Origin: Takakia lepidozioides
Taxonomy: Eukaryota > Plantae > Bryophyta
Assembly: GCA_030704615.1 (NCBI GenBank)
Contig: CM060732.1
Span: forward strand, 31,992,001-32,056,000
Length of the DNA stretch: 64,000 bases
Direction of reading: 5' to 3'
Under the pieces are notes generated by a model. That model was not told where the DNA came from and did not search any database. It saw only the letters and a list, made by a program, of their open reading frames with translations. The position numbers and the translations under genes were made by a program. This document shows positions 1 to 11,605 of this stretch, one piece after another. Every line of letters starts with the position of its first letter. The first letter of the stretch is position 1.

Positions 1-780
1 ATGCCTCCCCGCCCAGCCGCAGCACAAGATCGCCGCTCATTAGAAAAAAAATGAGGCCAACGAAAGGCTGTCCCATGTTCAACTTGGCCCCTATAGCCGC
101 TCAAGGCGGGTAGAGACATTTCAAATATCCGTGGTCGATTTGAATGGCCAGCGTGGCAAAATTGGTTCCACGTATGACGTCTCCACCGTGACGATGTTTC
201 CACCTTGGCAAAAAGGATTCCACGTAAGATGTTTTGGCGCGCTTCCGCGCTGGGTTCTGGCGCGTTTTCTCCCGCCGGGTTTGCGGGCTTCTTCCCTCGC
301 CCGTTTCTTCCCCCTAGTTCTCGCAGCGTTTCTTACCATCTTGTACGCGTCGCTTCGTGCAGTGTGCGTCGACACCCTGAAGCACATGATCATGTCCTAG
401 AACAGGTGCTACTTTAATCTTGTTCCTCATATCAAGCAGTTCAATATCATCATACACTTGTTGTACGTTTGGCAAACGGTCCTCCAGAAGGTCACCTTTA
501 TCCTCGTGATGGTTGCTAGATTCCATAATGAACTAGCAGTCTGAATTGTTGATCTTTGGCTGAGTGCTGAGTGCGGTCTTTTCCTCAGTTGGTCTAGACA
601 GCTCTTGGAATCAATTAAAGTCCAAGTTTTCAGCTCCTAATCCCTAAACAATCACATTCGTGTGTGGGACAGCTAAAGTGAAGTTAACTCTTGTCAATGC
701 GATGGCACTGGCCCGGGAGAGAGAGATGGCAGTTACGTACAAAGTGACAAAGAGTTCATTTATCATGTGATGACTGGCAG

Positions 781-927
781 GGCCAGCAGAGTTTGTAGGA
801 AATGGAAAGAGGGCATGAGGCAAGCCCTGGCTTGTCGGGACAAGTTGAGCTTTGCAGGCTGGCGTGCCGATGACGGTGCTATTTCTCGTCTGGTAGATGT
901 TCATTGCAACCTTCGGGAACTTAACAT
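781..927 (+). pseudogene. Isolated exon of an F-box/LRR protein (At5g67140-like)
   Basis: After AG at 779-780 it reads RASRVCRKWKEGMRQALACRDKLSFAGWRADDGAISRLVDVHCNLRELN, matching the remembered plant F-box motif ASxVCKKW...LSFAGWKMDDDSTSRLV...NLKELD. No flanking exons of this gene are visible. Confidence 0.75.
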
Positions 928-1144
928 GCTAGGCTTTCTTTTCATAAACCTCAGCTCTGCTTACATCTTGAGCTTCGCTCTGGACATGTATAATCATCGT
1001 TGTCAAAACAAATTAGGAAGTGTTGCACACATTGAGGAAGTGTTGCAAGTACTTTCAGGGGATATTACATGTACTTGTATTGTTTTTCCCTCTTCATGGT
1101 ACGAATGCAGAAAAGAATTAACCCTGGTCATAAGTTCTATCTAG

Positions 1145-2240
1145 TGCAGGACGGCACTGAAGCCTGATGGACAGTTTCTGGCAGCCCTGTTTGGAGGCGA
1201 AACTGTGAGGTTGGACCTTTTCTCTTGATTTTTTCCACTGCCAGTTGCACTGCAATTTGAAAAGGGTGTGCACGCTCATGCAAGAGTGTTCAATTTGTGT
1301 TGTAGAGGGAAAATCTTGCGCTCATCTGGTAGATGTATTTGGATATGAGACTAGTCTTCCATGTTGCCCTTATTGAGACTGCTTCTGTCTCTTTTTCTGG
1401 GGGGTTTTCAGGGAAACTGAGAATAGCATGCACAGTGGCACAGGTGGAGCGTGAAGGTGGTGTGAGTCCTCGCATCTCGCCTCTGGCTCAGGTGAGTCTC
1501 TTCATTTTGGTGTAGGAATGAGGACACACACACATAAGCTAATAGGGGAGAGAAACAAGGGGTTGGCAATGGGTTATATGCAAGTGACAATTGTCAAAAG
1601 TATGTTCATTGTGGGTGATGAATAGGTACGAGTTGCACTGCCTGCAGTTGTTGTGGACGAGTACATTGTGCGATATCCCAGTGGTGTGATACCTAGTAAC
1701 TCTAATTGATTTGGATTGTTGGAGAAGCAAGCCATTTGTTATGTCTTGCATTATACAAGCTACCTACATACAGCACAGACCGTCATTCTGCTTTGGAATA
1801 TCTGTGCTTCAGTATTTGTGTGCTGCCAGACATAGGCATCCTGGAACAAAGTTAAAAACAGTAATGTAGAGTATCAGCAGAATTAGGGAAGTGAGACAGA
1901 GATAGCGATGTATACAATATTTATAGAATTGTACTCATGGTATGTTCCCAGTCAAGGTGTAATGTCCATGCAGCTTGGTGGTATGAAGTGTGTTACCCCA
2001 TTGCCGATCTATTACTACCGTTGTCCTGCCGGTCACATTGTAAGGCATGCCTGGAGGGTAAAGACTGTGCTGGATGAGAGAAATTATGTAAAATCGTGAA
2101 TTGTCTTGGTCAGGGTTTTACCAGTCTTGGGGCCTTTGCATAACAACGTCAGAGCCTGTATTGACTTATGTGCAGCAATTGAGTTGATTAAGCACTTGCG
2201 GGCCATGGGGGAAGTCAACGCTGCTCGTCAGAGGAGTTTG
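1145..2240 (+). pseudogene. NDUFAF5: Four consecutive internal exons of an NDUFAF5-like mitochondrial methyltransferase-fold gene, introns retained
   Basis: Exons 1145-1209 (CRTALKPDGQFLAALFGGETVR), 1412-1491 ([25 protein letters not shown], +1 frameshift at the start), ~1626-1683 (VR..ALPAVVVDEYIVRYPS, internal deletion) and 2176-2240 (AIELIKHLRAMGEVNAARQRSL), all AG/GT bounded. The 5' and 3' exons are absent. Confidence 0.85.
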
Positions 2241-3332
2241 GTATAATTCAACCTACATCATTTTTCTTTGTTACCTAGTGTTTAGGGCACCATGGACACA
2301 TTAGGGGCTCCTGGCCCAAACCTGCTCAGCATTGACGGCAATGGCATAGCTCAGAGTACCCATTCATTTTCTATCCTCTGTTCCTCGAGACACTGGTTTT
2401 CTAGCAAGTAAAAGTTGTCTTAATCTATTGAGTGCGACAGATAGCAATGCCTAGAGGAGGGAGCTGCCTGCACATGACAACATGACAATTGCTACAGCAA
2501 AGGTAATAGCTCTTTAAATGGGAAATTCAGTTGTAAATCTGAACATGTTTTTGCCCTACATATTGCCACTTGCTTGTGGCTTGCTGCTTGCTTGAGTGTG
2601 AGACTGCCTCTGGTTGGAATTCAGGGGGGACTTCGAATTGCAGGTCGGTGGAGGTCTGCCCAGCCCTCGAGGCTACAACAGCCCAGCCCTCGGGTTTTAC
2701 CAGTCTTGTATTTGATTGGTGATGTGAGGTGATGTGAGGTGATGTAATGTTGCATTTGATTGGTGGCTGGCAGGGCTTTCTTAAGTTCAGCACACTTCAG
2801 GAGTGGATTGTTTATCAGCCATTCAGAATTGTGGCCTATGGTACGTGATATTGCAGAATTTTGAACAAAATTGATTGGTGAGGACCAGCAGGAAAGTGCT
2901 GGCGATATATCATGATTCAGGAACATCTGATCTGGTTACTCTCTACCTCAAGGTGGCGCTCTACTTTTCTTGACTGGAATTGCTTAGCTTGGGAGGGATA
3001 TACTGATATACTTGGTGATTGGCGCGCACAGGTGGCCATCAGGGTCGGGAGCCAGTGTATGAGCAGTTAGATTTTTTGTTTCAGCTTTCACGGTGCTTCC
3101 TGACCAGCTTAGTGGGCTGGTTGAATGGACTTGTTTTGATTTGTGTTTTTCGGATAATTGTTTCAGAAGTGGTGCAAGGGAAAGCAGAAGGAGAAGGTAA
3201 ACAACTTAGTGTTGTTCGATCAAGGCACTTACGACAAGCTGCTGAGTGAAGTGCCCAAATACAAGCTCATTACCCCTTCAGTGTTGTCCGACCATCTTGG
3301 GTACTAACTCTCTGAATATAACATGTGGATAG

Positions 3333-3488
3333 GATAGTGAGCCAGTGGTTGCATTTGTCCAGTATAGATTTTTAGTGGAGCATGACTTGCCAGCTCTGTA
3401 TGTTTATGAGCTGCAGCTGGAGCAATGCGTTCAAGGAAAGGGGCTTGGCAAATTCCTGATGCAGTTCCTTGAATTGATTGCACGAAAG
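3333..3488 (+). pseudogene. NAA40: Isolated exon of N-alpha-acetyltransferase 40 (NatD)-like GNAT
   Basis: AG|DSEPVVAFVQYRFLVEHDLPALYVYELQLEQCVQGKGLGKFLMQFLELIARK|GT: the GNAT acetyl-CoA motif QGKGLG in NAA40-type context (YRF...LYVYELQLE). Confidence 0.85.
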
Positions 3489-4793
3489 GTGTATCTCTTT
3501 CCTTATTTTGTCCTGGGAGCATAAGTGTAAACTAGATATGTTAATTTCAGCTCATGCTCTGTTATAGGTCAGTCATTCTCTTTGCCAACATCGAGATGTG
3601 ATAAGTGGTCCCTACAATCAAGAATGGCTTTGGTGTTGATTGTGTGTTGATTTAGTCATACAAATTCATCTACCAGTCTATCCTGAATGAATCATTTAGT
3701 TGGAGGACTCGTAGATAATCAAGATGATTTCTATGGTGTGATGACATCACAAGAACCATGGGGGGGGGACTGTGCAGCAGCAGACCATTCAAAGGCTGCT
3801 ACCTGCAACCATAAGTTGCTGCTATGAGTGAGAAGCATTCAAGTTGTCCGTCTGCCAAGGCTGCAATGAGTAGCTTGCGAAGACCTTTTCACATATTTCT
3901 CACCAGGTGCTGGGACAGGTGCTACAGCAAACAACGTTGTATATGTTGTTGGCCCTGATATCAGAACATGGTGCCATCAATAGTAATGCGAAAAGCTGAA
4001 TATAAGAGCTCATCTGGGGAGGACCTCATCTGGTACTTCGGGCCGGATGACATTTGTACAGAATGTAGAAAAGAATGTAGAAATGACATGGTTCTGTTTG
4101 CACATTTGAAGTGAAGTTTGGGACCTTGAACCAAGAAAGAGGGACTGGTCAAAATCAATTCTGACCTGCATTGCTCAAGTTTGCAGTTGGGATATCGGAT
4201 GGGAAGTGGAACTTTTGTAGGTCAAAATTGCTGAAGCCACACCTTGAGCAATGTCATTCGAGGCCGTGGTTGACAGAGATCTGCCTTTCATGGACACCTG
4301 TTCTGTATGATAGCAAGTGCACTCATCCCTGTAAAATGTACCACCATTGGTATCTCCATGGAAAGGAGGGATCAGCTGAGCTCAGGTGCTGGATAACAAC
4401 TTGTTTCCCCACTTGGCTGGCCCTTCATGAACTTATGTTAAAATTAACCGGGAATGGATTGGGAAAACTTCTTATGCTGGTTTTTTATTGATTCATGCAA
4501 ACCAGAAATTATATGCTAACCCCTGATACAAGAAAAAGGAGACAAATAAGGTGCCAAAGTCTTGAACCCCTCACACCAAAGTAGCCAAAGATAGAACCAA
4601 AATCACTTGGCTCCTTAACAAAGTGTTGTAGATGCATATGGCCTTATCTCTGAATTAAAGTTAAATCAAATAAATCGATACTTGAATCAGATAACAGAAG
4701 CCACACTTTATGAAGTGTTGTGGCAGGTCATACACCAAATCCAGACGTGCGATCAGCATCTGAACTTCAGGCAATTCCTAATACCCTCACAGA

Positions 4794-5059
4794 CTTTTGT
4801 AAAATTGGAGCACTCCATTAGTCAGACAATACCAAGGAATTAACAAATGGGATACTGGCTTTTGTAAAATTGGGGCACTCCATTAGTCAGACAATACCAA
4901 GGAATTAACAAACGGGATACTGGCTTTTGTAAAATTGGGGCACTCCATTAGTCAGACAATACCAAGGAATTAACAAACGGGATACTGGCTTTTGTAAAAT
5001 TGGAGCACTCCATTAGTCAGACAATACCAAGGAATTAATAAACATGATACTAGCTTTTT
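4794..5059. repeat. Tandem repeat, 4 x 65 bp, immediately upstream of the transposase ATG
   Basis: Unit cttttgtaaaattggRgcactccattagtcagacaataccaaggaattaacaaaYgggatactgg starts at 4794, 4859, 4924 and 4989. Confidence 0.95.
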
Positions 5060-5084
5060 ACCTTCAGGCATTCAGCTACTGAGA

Positions 5085-8000
5085 ATGGCATTGTCAGAGA
5101 TCACAAATTTGCCGTTGAGCAAGCAGCCTCCTTATAACGTGCGGGTTGCAATTGATGGAAAGTATGCGATTTTGAGAGGTCGATTACTAGAGGAGCAGAC
5201 ACCGAAGTCAAACTTCTCTAAAAAATGGAGAGCAGGAGGTACGAACATAGATCTCTGGCTTGATTCATCCCTTTATCCTAGTGACCCAACTACAGGAGTA
5301 CGTCCCAACATGAGTTCCATAAGAGACTTGCTTCAATTCGTGGGAGATGGAGAGGAGGGTTTTCTGGGTTATGTGAAACACCTTCAAAGTGTTTGCTCAA
5401 CCAATGTAGAGACTGCAAATTGGCGAATTCTATTCGAAGCTGCACAACAGCAAAACGCAGTAGAGATTCAAAAATTGAGGGATCAAATTCAAGTAGAAAG
5501 TTCCTCCCGCATGGAGAGTGATTCATTGAATGCTCAAATCACCACTCTGGAAAGCAACATGAGCAACATGAGAGCTTCATATGAGAGTCGGCTGCATAGT
5601 CTGCGGTTACAAGTTCAAAATAAAGAAGAAGAAGTTCGTGTAATGGATGGTGTTTGTGAAGCTCAATTGGAAGCTGTACGATCAATTCATGCGATGGAGT
5701 TAGATCAGATTGAGAGTTCCCACAAGTCCGAATTGAGATCTGTTGCAGCTCACGAGGTCTAGGGCTTGGAACAAAAACTAAGTAAGGTTCACAACACCCC
5801 CTATGGACCTAGAAGCCAAATATGCCAGAGGAACAATCTTGCACCAAACGGTGGACAAGCCAAGGCGCTTAGAAGATTGGCACGGAGTATCATTATGCCA
5901 GCTACTACACAAAAAGTGCAACAAGAGAACGCTGCATCAAACAGCAAGAAGAGGCTTTGTGGCGATAGAAGTACCCAAGAAGAATGTGGAAAAGTCTTCG
6001 CTCAAATTCTATCAAGGACTGAGGTAGATTCGATGTTGCATGTGCCTACTTTTACTCACGTAGGTGCAAAAATGGCAAATCAATATCTCAATGAAATCGG
6101 CAAACAAGTTGGGCCCAGTGAGATTTTGGAGACCTGTGACACAAATGGGATCACCCAAGCATGTTACAGTGCAATTTACAAGAAATTTAAAGGTGGTGTA
6201 AAAGTTGCCTCCAAAGGGATGAGAGTAGGATGTCTGCCCAATCCGCATCGAGTGTCAAAATTGCGCAAGGAATTGAATTCCAAGCTTCAGGATTTCGTAG
6301 GTGAATACTATCACTTGAACAACAGCCTTGAAGTTCCTAAAAAGGTCAAGCACGGTGAAAAAAATGATGCTACTCGAGTGACACTATCCGAGCACAATTC
6401 TTTTTTCGCGGATGTGGAGCAGGTGCAACATACCATGGTCGAACTGTATGAGATCACACTTGCCGGTAAGTTTTCTACATCGTGCACCTATAAATTCTGT
6501 GTTTTTAATCTTTAATTTCATATATTCTTAGTACTGATTGCTTCATTTTGATTTTACAGAATTGAAGGGGAGCCCTCTACAGTTTGTCTTGAAGCTTGAT
6601 GAGGCAGAGATCATTCATGCCCAAAAGCTAGAAAGAGTGAGTATTACCCTCATGAACCGTGCATTAGACCCATCCATCACTCCGGATAGTGAAAAGTTTT
6701 TCAGTGTGCAAAGCGAGAGAGAGATTTGCCTATAGCTTGTTTTCAAGTGGCAAAGGAGAACACAGAGGTTCTGAACTGGGTGTTCCAACAAACCAAACTC
6801 CCTTCGCTAATTCAAGTCCAAGAAAATGGGCAACTTCTTCACGTCCCAGGTTTTGGTGATTACAAGGTAGAGTGGCACATGGCAGCCGACATGAAGACAA
6901 TAAAAGCCATGTTCGGTTTGAAGGGAGGTGCAAATAGTTTGCATTCTTGCATTTATTGCATGCAAGAGAGAGTCAAGTTTGTAGAGGGATCCATGAAGGA
7001 CGCCGCTGCTGCTATTAGTAAGCGTTCCCATACATGGAATGGAGGCTTATTTGCCCAAAACATTACTGCTAAACCTGTAAGTGGGAGTCAGGGAAAAGAT
7101 CGTTGGAAACCAGTGTTGCCCATCCCCATTGAAAGAGTGCATATTTGCACTTTACACGCCATGAATAGGATCATTGAGAAAATGGTCCACCTCCATTTCA
7201 TGTTCGTCTGGACCATTCGCGATAAGAAATTACAAGAGTTAGCTATTGCTGACATGGAAAAAGTGTTGTCCAGCACTGGTGCACACAGTGGTTTGGTTAA
7301 GATCATGAAAGATGATCAACTGTCTGGCAAATTGAGTAATATCCCCAACAAACCTTTGTTCAGCGGCCCACATGCTGCCAAACTCTTTAAACCGAGTACT
7401 TTAGAGGGAGGCTCCGACAAGTTGTACATTGATGTGGTAAAGTTCGAGCACAACCACACTGAAGATGGGGCATGTAGGAGAAATCGATTAGCATGTTGGG
7501 TTGCATTTGATAAATTGCGACCCTATCTTTCTGGCCTTACACTCACCGGTGGACAAAAAGCTGAATATAAGAAATGTGTGGAGGAATTCAGACGCGCTTT
7601 CATCAAGAGTTGGGGGGAGGGTCCAGTTACACACTATATTGTGAGTATCTAAAACATCCCTTGATATTGATTGGAATGCTTATAGTAAAATTTTGCATTT
7701 CAATCATAGCACTTATAGATGACAATGCTAATTGTTCATGTTGATTGGAATGCTTGTAGTAAAATAGCATAGATGACAATGCTAATTGTTTAAGTTGATA
7801 ATTTGCAGCATGTATTGGTCAAGCACACCCCGTGGTTTGTTGAAAGGTATGGAAGCCTATCTGTCTGGTCATGTCAAGGAATGGAAAACTCGCATCACGC
7901 AGCAAAAACGGCATATCAGCGTCATACTCAACATGCTGGAACAAAATGCAAGAAAAGTCCTTTGGTACAGACCTATGAACACTGGTTCAGGTTCATTCAA

Positions 8001-8240
8001 CATAGATTCAGAAACAAAAGCCTTCAATCGAATGTTGCCATTGGTAGCCTTAGAGGTGAGGAGGCAATTCAGGCCCGACGTATAGCATCCTTAAACTCAA
8101 GCGCAGCAGCGCACAGCGCTTTGTGGAGATTAAGATGCACTCGGGTTGGCAGTAGATGGGTACCAAAGTCTGAAGAGCTGATTGTAGAAGAGCCGATTGA
8201 GGAGTCACCGGAGGAGCCAATTGCGGACTCCCAGGTATGA
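5085..8240 (+). pseudogene. RAG1/Transib-like DDE transposase gene, spliced, with 1 premature stop and 1 frameshift
   Basis: Exons 5085-6465, 6560-7640 and 7809-8240, GT-AG introns in matching phase (possible short extra exon 8351-8377). In-frame TAG at 5760-5762 and a 1-nt loss near 6726. Motifs in RAG1 order: coiled-coil N-terminus; ITQACYSAIYK..LPNPHRV; FVLKLDE (first D); AADMKTIKAMFGLKGGANSLHSCIYC (second D plus CxxC); ICTLHAM; VTHYIHVLVKHTPWFVERYGSLSVWSCQGMENSH (HxxxxH plus catalytic E). Confidence 0.85.
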
Positions 8241-10212
8241 GGTTCAAAGTTTAACCACTTCATGCGTTGTAAACAACATTCGGTACTTTCCTATGTTTTG
8301 TTTTGCTTGTTTTGATGTACGTGTTGGTGTATGTGTTGATGTTCTCACAGGTGCCCGCATCATTCGTTGCGAGCTGACAAAACTGCGATGGAACCAAGCC
8401 TAGGTCCTGCAGGTGAGGGATGCATGGGTCTTACCTGGCCTAGGTCTTACATGTAAACACAAGCTACCTACAGACCTAACTATACCTGCAACATTAGTAC
8501 CTCATCAACAAATTCTGGCTTTTGGTCTGTGTCAAAGCAGTCAAGTGCCTTCTTGGCAGCTTTAGCCTCAGCTCGAGCTTCTTCAGCAATAGCCTGCAGG
8601 CAGCTCCCTCATGTTGTCATGTTGTCATGTCAGGCAGCTCCCTCACTGAGGACAACACCAAGACCACCAAGAGTGAGTATCTCCAGCTTCTGTGGATCCA
8701 CCAAGCCAAGCCTCCAGAAGTGCATGCGTTTGGTTACATCACCATCATACTTTGGTGGATTGTAGCCAGAATGCCTAGTGCAACTAGGCTCCAAGACAAT
8801 ACAAAACAAAGAAATAGCTCAACTAGTTGTCTGTCATCATCTCCATCAGACCACAACCAATGTAGGAATACCTGGGAACAATGGTGTACCTCAAATCAAG
8901 TCATACAAAGTAGAAACTGTAAGTTCACTCATCACCCGTTCCTTCACAGTCTTGTCCACCCATGTACAACAAGTTCTTCCTCCTTCTTCATTCAGCATCC
9001 CTCCTTTCCTCCATCCTATCCTGTAATATACTTTGCCATCCAACCTTACACTACAAAGAAGACTAGTTGCTTTCACTTCTCAGCAGAATGACTACTCTTG
9101 ATGAACCTGGTATGACACCTTCCAGTAATATCAGGCACCTTGAACGAATTCACAACTAGGGTTTGTCAACTAGGGCAAAAGATCGATAAGCACGTCTCCC
9201 TAACCCGCTCTCCTACGAAGCACCGCTCTCCCGAGCATCACCGCTGTGCACTGAACACTGGAATGTTTTGCTGTTACCTGGTTTAGCTTCTTTGAAATGG
9301 GAACACAATACCAGCTGTGCTTGGGGTTGAGCCTAACTAGTCTGAACCTGAAGCTGCAGCCGTTGCCACTTCTTCTCCTTGTACAGTGCTCTTTGTACAG
9401 TACATATAAACATACCCAGACCAAGACCAAATGCCCAAAGATATCGTTGCCCAAAGAATTCTCCAAGTCCTCGTTTGTTGAGTCCTTCATGTCCTCCATG
9501 CTCGCATGTTCCATCTCCTCATCGCTCGAAAGCTTCATCTTGCCTGGACTTGCTGCTCAGGGGGCGGGCGGTCGTCGCTGCCAGTGGCGGATGCAGATAC
9601 TGGTTTTACGCACACACTCTCCCTATCTAAGTATTTAGTGTGAGTAATGTAACAGATAGTGAAAAGCAACTCACCTGTCAACTAACCTTCACATTTACAA
9701 ACCAGACTCATACAAAATGGAAGCATGGATAGAGAAGCAGACCCCATATCAATCTGCGCACCAAACATCCATCCATTCAATCTCATCTAAATCTAAACTT
9801 GAGTATAAGTATAAAGAAAGTTTCCATATTTTCAACGGATCATCAGAGCATTCTTGGTTATCATGGCAATCTTAAACACATCGCCAAACAAAAGGTCCTC
9901 GGTTCGAATCTTTGAACAATTCACCTCACATAATAAAGGTAATATTTTTTGTTCAACTAATTTTTTGTAAATTGCTCAACTAGTTGTCAATTTTTTTGTA
10001 ATTGCTCAACTAGTTGTCTGTCACCATCTCAATCAGACCATAACCAATGTAAAAAAGGAGGGAACAAAGGGGAATTTTTCATATAACAAAGGTAAAACTA
10101 CCAACCTGAAACTTTAAAATGTCACCTAAAATGTCATCTAATGTTGCAAATGTCATCTAATCTTGTGGCCCACGGACCTAATGCCCACAGCCCTAGAGTC
10201 TAAGGCTACACT

Positions 10213-11605
10213 TTAGGATGCATTGGCCACAAGTCGTAGTCGCTTCGGAGGCAACACATCGACAGCTGTGTACTTCTTCTCATTTCTAATGTTTACCTAT
10301 CAACAAGAAACATGTAATTTTGTTAGAAGCTGTCATAACATTTGAAGCTGTGAATGGATTACCATGATTGCTGATAACTAATTCCACATACATTTTTGGA
10401 CTTGATCCCATCTTCATCCACTATCGTGAAGTCCTCAGGAATGTCTGAACCAAAAGCAATCGTAATCTCATGTCGAATGCTTGACATTGTCCAATGTCGC
10501 CCAACCTCAATTTCTTGCTGTCTTGCATCATATTCACAACATAAACTGACCATCTCCACAAACTGAACCTGATCCATCGTTTCCCATTTGTTTTCGGATA
10601 TCATGCGTTGCCGATTGAATTGAAATGTGGCGTATAAAACAGATTGGCCAATGTGATATCTGAATCTCAGTGTTGAACGATCGACAACACATCTAATGAC
10701 ATCGGCTCCAATGGTGATTTTTGTATCACATCCAGTATCCATTAGTGATTCCAACAGCTTCTCACATGGTTCTTTGAAAGTGAACATGGTATTGCTCTTA
10801 GAGATATTGTTGGCCACTGAAAATAGATCTACCATTACTCCGATTGGCATAAACCATTGTAAGTGGGTTGATTTGCTTCCTGTTCTGGGTTTCATAGAGG
10901 ATAAGAAATCAGACCGCAACTTCAGTCTGAAAGACTCACTGGTCGCCATGTCCGGTAATGGCCAAGCTGGATCACTAAAACCAGGAAGAGGGATCGGCTG
11001 CACTGTTCCAAACTCAGATCTACCATTGTGTGGGGTGTAAAATGCATTGTAGAAGTACACATGATTTTGCAGAAGCTCCTTGTGCGTTCAATTTCCACGG
11101 CAAGCCTCACCTACTTCGGCGTGCACCACATATAGAACATCCATTATACTCTTCGGATCAATCCAATCTTCAAAAGTGGAAAGGTATAGGTCTGCATTGA
11201 AAACCCCACCCTCATCATATTGTTGTTCCACTGTGCACAATACAAGGTGAACTTCATAGCAAATAATGTAAACTTATGAGGAAAGTTAGACATCTTACAA
11301 TTGCAAGCGCCTCTGCTGAAAGCTACATCTGGAGGCAAATCGAGTTGCCGTTGCATGTAAGTATGTTGAACACAGATTATGGATACCACTATGGATCCAC
11401 CTTCGAAACGAAACTTCAGCACCTTCGCCTTGTACGCCCCCTCTGTTGTAGAAGTTCCGCCATGCTTCGATGAATCTTTAGCATGATCGCCTCTTTTACC
11501 CGGCATCAATGCTACCCAAGAGTTACTCTCCACCATCATCCAATTATCATCCTCGTCTTTTGAATTGAACAATATCACAGATCCTACTTCACTTCGTGGC
11601 CGCAT
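10213..11605 (-). pseudogene. Spliced gene with BAH-like domain, an unknown middle domain and a C-terminal ubiquitin-like segment
   Basis: Exons 11605-11299, 11191-10392 and 10296-10213 join in frame via GT-AG introns, with one internal TGA at 11088-11090. BAH-like pattern: MVESNSWVALMP..AYKAKVLKFRF..ICVQHTYMQRQL..NYLYLSTFEDWIDPKSIMDVLYV..VYFYNAFY. C-terminus EIEVGRHWTMSSIRHEITIAFGSDIPEDFTIV...VLPPKRLRL is beta-grasp-like. The true start may lie further upstream. Confidence 0.65.

Noticed and set aside
5760-5762. Programmed stop-codon readthrough in the transposase
   Set aside because: A single substitution (e.g. C to T) explains the TAG, and a separate frameshift near 6726 indicates ordinary decay.
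9582-9600. hAT-like TIR start cagtggcggatgcag
   Set aside because: No matching inverted partner or 8-bp TSD was found by eye.
10213-11605. True RAG2 homologue
   Set aside because: No kelch-repeat GG motifs or PHD Cys/His pattern are visible; the pattern fits BAH instead.
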